DNA of 62,993 nucleotides, the filler included, from Vannella sp. (lineage: Eukaryota): NCBI GenBank assembly GCA_023345925.1. It is 7 parts of 7 records of this genome, joined end to end, with 100 filler letters (N's around TTAATTAATTAA, not from the genome) between each part and the next. Parts side by side here need not be neighbours in the genome. Positions count along the whole stretch, not along the records: positions 24,409 to 44,058 come from JAJQQN010001053.1; positions 44,159 to 51,588 come from JAJQQN010000459.1; 5 more parts are not named here. One strand, written 5' to 3'. The number at the start of each line of letters is the position of its first letter. Within the stretch, counting starts at the first letter, position 1. A program made the position numbers and the translations under genes. Shown one piece after another: positions 36,506 to 46,934 of this stretch. Under the pieces are notes generated by a model. It worked only from the letters and a program-made list of their open reading frames with translations. It did not search any database and was not told the DNA's origin.

Positions 36506-38042
36506 ATGAAGCTTTTCCTTCATTTTAACACGTCCATGGAGTTGCTGTCATGGCTGGTGACGGTTCTGGTGGCTTTGGTGTTGATCAAGTTGTGGTTGCT
36601 TTGGTGTGACATGCAGAGGGAGGATCAGAAGCTAGAGAGTATCCCTGTGGCTCCTGGGAACGTGCCTTTGCTAGGACACATCTTTGCCTTGATAAGACAG
36701 CCTCCGTGGGATACTCTGTCGAGCTGGGTCCTTTCTTATGGTCCGATAGTCCGTTTGAACCTCTTTGGGAGACATATTGTTGCTATTAGCGACCGGGACA
36801 TGCTCAAGAGAGTGATGCAGACCAAGTTCCACGTCTATCAGAAGGACAAGTTCACTTACGCGCCCTTTTCCTGTCTCTTGGGGACGGGCCTGGTCACCAG
36901 CGAAGGCTCTCTTTGGAGAGATCAACGTGGCTTCATTGCTCCTGCTTTCCGTGTCGACATCTTGCAAGATACCGCCGAGATCGCTCGCCGGGCGACTGAC
37001 CGACTGTGTGCTCGATTAGAGGCTTCCCGAGGCTCAGGTGTGGCCGTACAGATGGCTGAGGAGTTCCGTAAACTCACTCTACAAGTCATTGGCGAAGCCG
37101 TCCTGAGCTTGAGCCCGGAGGAAAGCGACAGAGTGTTCCCAGAGCTTTACCTTCCCATCGTGGAAGAGTCGAACAGGCGTACCTGGTATCCTTTCCGTGC
37201 CTGGCTTCCTCTTCCAGCCACCTTTGCACATGCAAGAGCTGTTCGTCAGATGAACGAGTACGTCACGGATCTCATCAAAACGAGAAAAGCTCAGTTCGAT
37301 GCTGGGGACCGCAAAAGTGACATTCTCGATCGCATTTTGGAGGGTGTTCAGAGCGAAGCATGGTCGAATGAAGTCATTAGACAGCTACGCGATGAGATTA
37401 AGACGTTCCTGTTCGCTGGCCACGAGACTTCGAGCACAATGTTGACTTGGGCGATGTATGAACTCAATAGGAGTCCTGATTTCCTTCATCGTGTAGTGGA
37501 CGAGGCTGTTGAGGTGTTTGGAAGTAACGGAAAGGAGTTTGACAATGTTTCTTTTGAAGCAATGCGAGATGGAATGGAGTATACTCAGGCTGCATTGAAA
37601 GAAGCCCTCCGTCGCTACAGTGTCGTTCCCGTCGTCACTCGTCAACTTGTCGAAGATGATGACCTTTGTGGCTATTCCATTCCCAAGGGCACTATCGTTG
37701 TGATTCCCATCCAAGCAGTCCATAACGACCCAACTCTCTGGCCAGAACCAGAAAAGGTACGAAAATGCGTTTTCCACCACGAAGGGACGGAACTCACACT
37801 GGTGGCATCAGTACAACCCACAGAGATTCCTTGAGCCTATGGACACTTTCGCGTTCTTAGGGTTCATTGCTGGCCCTCGCAGTTGCATTGGCCAATACTT
37901 TGCGCTTCTGGAAACCAAAATTGTTTTGGGTTTGCTCCTCAAACGCTTCCAATTCACCATTCCCGCCAGCAACAAAGGCACGAAACACAAAAGTCAGATT
38001 CCCCTTTGCCCTGTTGACAACATGTGCCTTTTGGTCGATTAG
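36506..38042 (+). CDS. Cytochrome P450, membrane-anchored (tentatively CYP745/CYP97-clan-like)
   Basis: I-helix AGHETS, ExxR motif EALR, and heme motif FIAGPRSCIG after an intron at about 37757-37811. The start may instead be the ATG at 36536. Confidence 0.9.
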
Positions 38043-38132
38043 GGAACAAAAAAAAAATTACAAAAATTCCTGGAATTTTTTGACACTCCCCTTCCTTTCA
38101 TTCTCTCTCCTCTCCCTGCGCCTGGCGTCCAC

Positions 38133-41100
38133 ATGGTTACGATCTTTGACTTTGAGGAGGAACCTGAGTTTCTCGATGCCATGTTTGATGCTCTGGAGGA
38201 GGTGGAAAGGACGGCTCAGTTGGAGGTCCAGACTTTGGGGAAGATTCAGCCTCCCTTCCCACTTCAAGACTCGAAGAGTGGGGCTCATTCTGATACAAAA
38301 GGCGTTATTTCTGAGCTGCCCCAGCCTGTACCACTGCCGTTGGCGCCTTGCGATGGGGTGACGCCGCTTCCTTGTGACACGGAAAAGACTCAGCTGGGGT
38401 ACTGGGGGTTACCAGAGTGTGTGGTAGAAGCTTATCGGGCAGAGGGAATCACAGAGCTGTATCCATGGCAGGTGGAGTGCCTTGAGGGTGACAACGTCCT
38501 CCAGGGACAGAATCTTGTCTACTCTGCTCCTACATCCTCTGGCAAGTCACTGGTAGCAGAGATCTTGATGTTACGAAAGATCCTCATGGCAAAGAAGCGA
38601 GCGATTGTCATCCTACCGTTTATAAGCGTCGTCACAGAGAAGGAGCGCTTCATGAAGCGCGTTTACAGCAGTCTTGGTCTACTTGTGGACGGCTATTACG
38701 CCAACCATGGAGGAAGAAGCTTATTTGATCACGAAGAGGACGAAACCAACATTCTGATATGCACCATTGAGAAGGCCAATAGTCTCCTCAATCGTGCAGT
38801 CGAAGAAGGGAAGATAGAAGACTTTGGAATCGTCATTATTGATGAAATTCATATGATGGGCGATACCTCTCGAGGCTACATCCTCGAGCTCTTGGTGACG
38901 AAGCTCCTTTATCTCCGCTTGGACCATCTCCAGATTGTTGGTTTGAGTGCGACTCTTCCAAACATCTCCATTTTCTCTGAGTGGCTCGGAGCCTCCATTT
39001 TCGTGACACGGTATCGACCTGTCCCTCTCACTGAGTTCGTCAAGTCAGGAGCAACCATTTACAATAGTAATCTCGAGAAAGTTCGCACACTTGGGGCTCC
39101 TTTATCTCCCAATGATCCTGACCAAATCCTCGATCTTTGTGTGGAGACCGTTATTGAATCCAACTCGGTTCTAATATTCTGTTCAAGCAAGCGGAATGTT
39201 GAAGTCTTGTGCACCCGCTTGGCTTCCATCATCCCCTCTGAGGTGCTGGCCAAAGTCCAGGCTGCAGACAATGTCTCGATGTCACAAATATCTGGAATAC
39301 TAAACCAGTTACGAAGGACTCCTGGAGGATTGGATCCTATCCTTGAGAAGAGCATACCTGCAAGGGTTGCCTATCACCATTCTGGACTGACTGTTGAAGA
39401 ACGAGAGATTATCGAATTCGCATTCCGTCAAGGCATTGTTAAGATCTTAACTGCGACTTCAACGTTGGCGGCTGGAGTGAATCTTCCCGCCCGAAGAGTT
39501 ATCTTCCAATCGCCATTACTTGGAATAGAGTTTTTGGATGCTACTCGATACCAGCAGATGTCTGGCAGGGCTGGTCGTAAAGGAATTGACACAGAAGGAG
39601 AATCTTTCTTGGTCTGCAAGAGCGCACAAATAAGCCGCGTCCAGAAGGAAGTTCTCTCTGATTTACTCCCTTTAGAGAGCTGCCTTGTTGAAGGTCGCCG
39701 AGGAATGGTCCGACCTCTGATGGACGTTATCGCAAGCGGCATTGTTGAAACGATCAAAGATGTAGAGCGCTACATCATGAGCACACTATTTGCGAAGCAA
39801 AAGCATTATCGAGAGGTCCACCAAGTATCAAAGAACGCGCTCCGTTTCCTTGAAGAGAATGACTTTGTCGAATGGAGCGAGGAAAAGTCAATCTTCATTC
39901 CTACTAAGCTAGGAAAAGCTACGGTAGCCAGTGCTCTCTCGCCAGAAGAAGGCTTAGTTGTCTTTAAGGAGCTCAAAAGGGCAAGAAGCCAAATGATTCT
40001 GGATACCGAGCTTCATTTGGTGTATCAAGTGACTCCAATCTACCATGGCATCAATCCTGACTGGAATTGGTTCTTGGATATATTCACTGGACATCTCAAA
40101 GAAGATGCGCTTCGCGTTGCTGAAATGGTTGGAGTCAATGAGGGGTTCCTCGTCAATGCCTCTGTACGAAGACCGAAGGCTGGTACCACTGACGCAGCAA
40201 TTCATTGCCGCTTCTTTGCAGCATTAATCCTACACGATTTGATACAGGAAATCTCTATTCAGGCAGTGGCAAAGCATTATCGAACACCTCGAGGTCATTT
40301 GCAGGCATTGCAGACAACAGCGGCCAGTTTTTGTGGGATGGTGACCGTCTTCTGTTACCAGCTCAAGTGGTGGTCGCTTCATAGCCTCATTGGAAGCTTC
40401 TCTGATCGTCTCTGCTTTGGGGTGGAGCCAGATATTGTTCCTCTTGCCCAGATACCACATGTCAAGGGCCATCGAGCTCGCGTTCTCTATACCAAAGGAT
40501 TTAAGACCGTAGCTTCGATTGCAGCGTCTACTGCCGAAGAGATTGAGGGAATATTGCGGCAGGATGCTCCTTACAAACATGGAAACGATGAAGATATTGA
40601 GCAAACCAGGCGAATTGAATCGCGAATAGCTAAGCTGATAGTCAGTGGAGCTCAAAGCCTCTTGAAAGATACTTCTTTCATGATTGAAAGGCCTCAAGAA
40701 CGCTTGAATGCTGGGAAAAGGAAAACAACATCTTTGCAATCTCCAAACAGGAAGAAAGTGAGCCCCGTAAAGGTGGCCAAAGCTGAGGTTACGAACCAAG
40801 TCCATTCTTTGCTTCCAACTGAAGGCGAGACAAAAGTGTCTGCGGCCTTGACAAGAGAAGAGGTGCGAAGCATCAGTATCCAAATGCCAGCAGCTAAGGA
40901 CAAAACGTCAACGCTGCCTCTTTCGTCTCCACCAAAACCATTTCTACTGTCTCCAAGAACCACCGTTTTCAAGTCACCACCTCCACCTTCACCGGCGAGA
41001 GCTCGGCAGCTTTCTGTGAGGCCAGTCAATGGCCAGACTCAGCTGACATTCCCTTCCAGGGGAGTAAAGCTGCCTATCATTTCTAGTGGACCAAAGCCAC

Positions 41101-43569
41101 CTACAGCTCCGGGGCAGCCTGAATCTATAACATTACCAAAGCAAGTGTTTATTGCTCCAAAGGCAATCCCTGCTCCCGTTGGGATCCTACGATATCCAGC
41201 CAGGACTGCTCAGCCCCATCCTCAGATTCCTGCTTCCGTTCTTTGCACTTATCCCACCCGGCGAGCCCAACAGAGTCTCTCCCCAGCTGCTGAAGGTGCC
41301 AGACTAACTGAGCTTCCAGAGGCTCTCTCTCAAGTTCCTGTTGTGTCCACCCCATCACCCCCAGAAGTCCTTAAACGAATAGGATGCACTCACCCTTCGT
41401 CGAAAGACTTCCCCTTTACTGTCATAACGGTTTATGAGAGCTTCCAGGCATATGAAGAGTTCAAGCGATTGTGGTTTCAACAATCTCATTTCTCGTTTTC
41501 TTTGTTAACCACAATACCTGGAGCAGAAGATATCCGCGGCAATAACGAGGAGTGGGACTGTAATGGAATGCTCAAATCAAATCAAAACCAGAGGTTAGTA
41601 CCACCTGAGCCGGTAAAAGTGACAAAAAAGCGGCTGAAAGAGCTGGAAGGCACTCCCCACCTCACCAACATTGATGGGATTGCAGTCTGCTGGAACGAAA
41701 AGCAAGTTTTCTTCTTCTCTCTTCGCCCATTGACCAACAGCCCGGCTGCTCAGCAAATTGAGGCACTGCGGTGGTCTCTTCTTCGGAGGGTTATGGTGCA
41801 AAGTACAGCCCACAAGACAGCCTACCAGATGTCTGAAAAGTACCAGCTTTTGCTGGAGTGTGGCATTCGAGTCCACAAAACACTGCAAGACCCAAGAATA
41901 GCAGCTTGGATGATTGATCCAGAAGAGAAGAACAGTGGATCTCTCGATTCGCTGGCAGAGCGTTACATTCCTCAACAAAAGGTTGTGGGGGCGTCTTCTT
42001 TCCCCATTGGAAAGTGTGCGAAAGAGACAATGCAATCGTGGTTGCTGATGAATTATCTGATTCAGCGGCTGCGTGTGGACATCCTTTATCTCCCATTCCG
42101 TGATATGGAAATGGAAGTGGTACCTCTTCTGGCAGAAATGCAGCATTGGGGAATCGGGTTTCGGAAGCAGGTCTGCTATGAACACCAGCAGATCGTCCAA
42201 GGGACGATTAGCGCGTTGGAGGCCACGGCTCATAAAGTAGCTGGGCATACGTTCTCTCTGGCCTCCCCTGCTGAAGTGGCACATGTCCTTTTCAGTGAAC
42301 TCTGTCTTCCGTGCACAAAGCAATTGATACCAACCAAGAAGAAGCCCGCTGGAGCTCCCAAGAAGCCTCCTCGCAATAGTACCTCTGCGCAAGTCCTCCA
42401 ACAAATAGAGCATCTTCATCGAATGCCTGGACTTATCCTGGAGTACCGCAAATTGACAACGTTGCATATCAAGTACATGAATAACCTCCCCAAGTATGCA
42501 GTCTTCAACGAATGGCTGAATTGCGACCGCATTCATGCCATTCAACTGCACACGCAAACTCCCACCGGAAGGTTGGCAGTGAAGAATCCCAATCTTCAAT
42601 GCATTCCTCACACGACGAACTTCACATCGCACGGAGAAAATTCTCAGTCACCAGTTTCTATTAGTATCCGGGATGCGTTCGAAGCGTCGCAAGGTTGCGT
42701 GTTGCTCTCGGCAGATTATTCCCAGTTGGAAGTGCGGTTGATGACTCACTTCTCTCAAGACCCTCTCCTTTTGTCTATATTCCGAAAGGGAGGTGATGTG
42801 TTCAAGTCTCTTGCGTCCCAGTGGCTTAACAAACCGGTGGACCAAATCACTGACGTAGAACGGTCTCATGGAAAGCGAGTATGTTACGGAATTCTTTACG
42901 GGATTGGAGCAAAGGCGTTGGGAGAGTCCATCAATGTCAGTACCGAAACAGCGGCAGAGTTTTTGGAGTCTTTCAAGCGAACCTACAAAGGAGTTACACT
43001 TTATCTTGAGAAGGCTTTGGCAGAAGCAAGACAAAAGTCCTTCATTGAAACGATTTGCGGGAGGCGAAGGTACTTCCCTGATCTTAAGTCGAACGACACA
43101 GGTGTCAGGATGGCGGCAGAGCGGTGTGCCATCAATACGATTTGTCAAGGCAGTGCCGCTGATTTGGTCAAACTCTCAATGATCCGAATATGGAGGAGAT
43201 TGGAGGCTGACAGTCGGATATCTCATGTGCCTTGCCATATTCATAAGCGCAATAGTGGACCACAGGGTCTTGCTAGTCAGCTTGCAAGCCAACTACCAAG
43301 TAGCAGTCAATGCACAATAGCGTCCTCGCGCCTTTTACTTCAGATACATGACGAGCTCTTATTCGAAATCCCTGTCAATGATCTCGACATTGTCCAAGTA
43401 AGTTTTCTCTCTTTTGGCCATGCAAAGCCTCACCCAGCTCCCAAAGGACATTGTTCGAGAAGAGATGGAAACGGCTTTGGAAATTTCCATTCCTTTTGTT
43501 GTGAACTTGAGTCTCGGTCAGACGTGGGGCTCTCTGAAGCCTATTCCTGTTCTCAAAAAATCTAGCTAA
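38133..43569 (+). CDS. POLQ: DNA polymerase theta (HEL308-like helicase + family A polymerase)
   Basis: Helicase motifs SAPTSSGKS, DEIH, GLSATL and QMSGRAGRKG; Pol A motifs TGRL...PNLQ, ADYSQLEVR, YGILYG and LLQIHDELLFE. A 3' intron at about 43398-43447 gives the final exon DIVREEME...TWGSL. Confidence 0.95.
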
Positions 43570-44058
43570 AAACACGTGGAAGAACACTTCTATCACCATA
43601 GCTCTGAGGGCGACCATTCTATCCCCATAGCTCTTCGCGAAGATTACCGACCAGGGATCTACTCTTCGCCCGAATTCGAGTTTCCAGAAGTAATACGGTC
43701 GGAAGATCAACCTTACAAAGTAAACACGCAAAATACTGTCTCAGCCAAAGTTACAGGGGGCCTACATTTCACGTTTTGACGCTCTTAGTGAGATTCCCTC
43801 TCACTAAGAGCGTTCGCAGTTCCACAGGAAGCTCCTACCTGCTGCACATTATACTCGGCCTGAAGAAAGCACATCGCTGGCATTGCCAAACCTTTGGGAA
43901 CGATTAGATTGGGCCTCAACGCTCCTTCGTGCTCCCAAAAGAGCATCACCTTTGCCAGCAACTGTGTTTCCTACTGCGCCAAATTCAAGGGCACGGATGC
44001 TGGGGCCAAGCCAGAGAGATTGTCTCCAGCTCTGGAGAACGGAACCCCGTCAGGGACC

Positions 44059-44158
44059 NNNNNNNNNNNNNNNNNNNNNNNNNNNNNNNNNNNNNNNNNN
44101 NNTTAATTAATTAANNNNNNNNNNNNNNNNNNNNNNNNNNNNNNNNNNNNNNNNNNNN
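44059..44158. other. Artificial contig linker
   Basis: 44N-TTAATTAATTAA-44N. Confidence 0.99.
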
Positions 44159-44355
44159 CTTATCCTGAAGAGATGGAGGTCATCAGGACACTCTGTGCAA
44201 ACACGAGTTTTGGAACCCTCTTCCCCTTCGCTCGTGGATTTTCTCACGAGCGGGGAAGGCATTTACCCTCCACAAAGTGAAAAAATGGAATCAGTCCAAA
44301 AGCTTATCCTGAGCAGATGGAGGTCATCAAGGCAAGCTAGTCAGACACGAGTTCT
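44159..44355 (+). repeat. Tandem repeat with a 144-bp period (about 1.4 units visible), related to 12571-12681
   Basis: CTTATCCTGA...AGATGGAGGTCATCA occurs at 44159 and 44303. Confidence 0.85.
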
Positions 44356-44422
44356 ACTCGTATGGGATCAGCCCTCAAACTGAGGCGCAGCCAACAAACA
44401 CCAAAAGATGCGTTTTAGTGGA

Positions 44423-46759
44423 TTATTGTCGAGGAGTATACTTCTCTGGTAGCGGCGCTTCTTTGAAGTAAGGGTGGTCCATGGCCTTTCGGGCAGAAAT
44501 GCGTTGCGAAGGATCGTAGCAAACCATCTTTTGGATGAGATCAATGCACGCGGGACTCTTATCTTTCAGGATGGAGTCGAGGGGCTTCGAACTAGTTCAG
44601 TGGTTAGAACAGAGGCGGCAATAGCAAGAGAAAAAGTCCTACTGGGGTAGTTTGGAGATGACTGGCCACAAGGCACCTGCACGGGGCAACTGCGAAAAAT
44701 GGTCCGCCCAAACAGTCCCGGTGGGACGCCCAAGGCACGACACAATCTTCCAAAAGGTTAGCTAGTACACTAGAGCACACATTTTCGTACCCGGTGCATC
44801 ATATCGTCAACATCCCGGCCCGGAAATAGAGCTGACATGGCCAGCATCTCCACAATCACGCAACCAATGGACCATATGTCAATGGCGTTAGTGTAGTGGT
44901 TGTTACCAAGCAGTAGCTCAGGCGGTCGGTACCACAAGGTCACCACAGCAGTGGTGAGTTTCAAGGCAGTGCGACCTGCATCGCGAATGGATCCCAAGTC
45001 AGCCACCTTCAGGATGCCAGAATCAAATAGAATGTTTTCGAGCTTGATATCTCGATGCATCAGACCTCTCTCGTGCATGTAAGACATGGCATCCAGCAAC
45101 TGCAAAGTAAGGTGCTTAATGTTCGCCTCAGTCCAAGCAGGATGGGCCGTTGAATCTTTCTGGGCCAGCCACAAGTCCCGCATGTCAAAGCTAATGTACT
45201 CCATAACGATGTAGAACTCGCGAGTACCATCTGAAAGTGGCTTTGAAAGAACTTCGTGACCTGAAACCACGTTGGGATGATTGAGACGCCGAAGGAAAAG
45301 GACTTCTCTGAGCATGTAGTAAGGGAATCCGTTGCGCCCAATTGTGTTTTTCAGTTGTTTAAGAGCCACTGTTTCCTCAGTCTCTGGGTTGGTAGCCACC
45401 CAAACGGTTCCATAAGTGCCTTCACAAATAACCTCTTCCTTCTGGATAGAGTTGACGTGGCGGCAGCGGGTGGCCGTGAACTCGTGGTGGATTTGGGACT
45501 TGCCCTCGGGCAGGAAGCTCTCGTAACCTTCGAGTTTGTCCGTGTCCTTCATGATGCCCTTCATCAAGTCGATGGTTGCATGAAGCTCCTCTTTGTTGCG
45601 CTGTGACAGCACGAGAATGTCCCAATTGAAAGTGGCTCCTTCCGGTCGGTTCACGAACCATCCCAAAAATGTACTTGCTAGAGCCACCATTGGGGGTGTG
45701 GAGAAGAGAGGAAGAGGGATATCAGCAGCGAGGACACTGGGTATCAATGTTAGGTCTCAGAGCCTCATGTAGAACTTCTTCTCACCATTTGTCCAAAAGT
45801 GAATACGATTTGAGGGCAATCTTGGCTGCCAAAGGGTCTGGGATAGCCACTGAAGAGTAGGGAAGACAGTGAAACAGAGGAATGTAGTAGTGGGGATGCT
45901 GAACCTCCACGTCAAAGCCCAGAACCTCAAGAATCACTGTTTCTTGCGTTCGAAGAGGCCAAGCCATGGCCTCATCCACGTCCACGTGAGTTCCCCGCTT
46001 TTGCTGCGCATTCGAAGGGATCGCATTGAGGAAGGCTGTCTGGCCTAAGGCCTGCTTCAAGGCGTTCAGAATCGTGGAGATCTTGCAAAGGCTCTCCTCC
46101 ACCTTCGTGGCCAGGAGGAGGCAAGAAGAAACGAGCATCTATGATGTTCAAGATGGTTAGGTAACTGGACTATCACTATGGGAGCTCTGGGGATGACGTA
46201 CCACTCTTTGAGGATAGTTTAGAGTTTTGAGGAACTCTGCCTCTTTGTTGAGTTTGTCCTCGCTCTTGGAGGACACGTAGCAGTACCGTTGGAACAGTAC
46301 AGAGCCTGTGATGATAGTTCTCCAAGGCCTGGCCCCACCAAACGTGAGCTTGAGTCGTGAACAGACAGAAAAAGGCTCTTACAAGTGACAGAAGGCGCCA
46401 ACCTCGTGTAAGAGGAGGAAGCAAGATCCCAGCGAAGGAGAAGGGAAGTTCTCGCGGGTCTTGAGGCATGCCGTCTGCTTTGCCTGCTCCCAGTGAGGGG
46501 GCGCGTAAGCCATGATGCTCTTAGCGTCGAACTGGGAGGAGGAGAACACTGCTTTCCTGCAGATCTTGTAGTTGGGCTCACTGATCATCCCATCCTCCAC
46601 CAGACTCTGCAAGATATTGAGGATGAGGAACTTCTCGGTCGTGTGCTTCATCACAGCGGCTTCATCCAGTCCCATCGAGCTGAAGCCTCCAATCAAAGCC
46701 GCATCTGGCGTCTCCGCTGGAACCACACTGGCAGCAGCTCCATTCTTTCGCCACGACAT
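44423..46759 (-). CDS. Cyclin (L/K/T-like) - CDK10/11-like kinase fusion protein, 6 exons, about 691 aa
   Basis: Cyclin box LLHEVGAFCHLPWRTIITGSVLFQRY...SCLLLATKVEE...ETVILEVLGFDVEVQHPH...PPMVALAS, then kinase CRHVNS...ICEGTYGTV...VALKQL...GFPYYMLRE...HRDIKLEN...DLG...VVTLWYRPPELLLG. Introns 46329-46382, 46139-46201, 45737-45785, 44747-44790 and 44592-44642 are all GT-AG and together give one open frame. Confidence 0.85.
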
Positions 46760-46815
46760 GATCACCACCAAGGAAGAAAGCCCGTTGACAAGTGGAGAAC
46801 ATTTCACCTTGTTGG

Positions 46816-46845
46816 CCAATCACAATGGCAGTGGAACCTGATTGG
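46816..46845. promoter_or_regulatory. CCAAT-box pair in the bidirectional promoter between the cyclin-CDK and RapGAP genes
   Basis: CCAAT at 46816 and ATTGG at 46841. The same motif recurs in other promoters (12444-12455, 20731, 20774, 32090, 32222, 52737, 61666, 61681). Confidence 0.5.
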
Positions 46846-46934
46846 TCAACCGGTTTGACTTGCTTTTGCCACCCAATTAATTGCAATGGCACGATTTATC
46901 AGTCCTTGTGAAACAGAAGAGTTAACTGCGTGAC

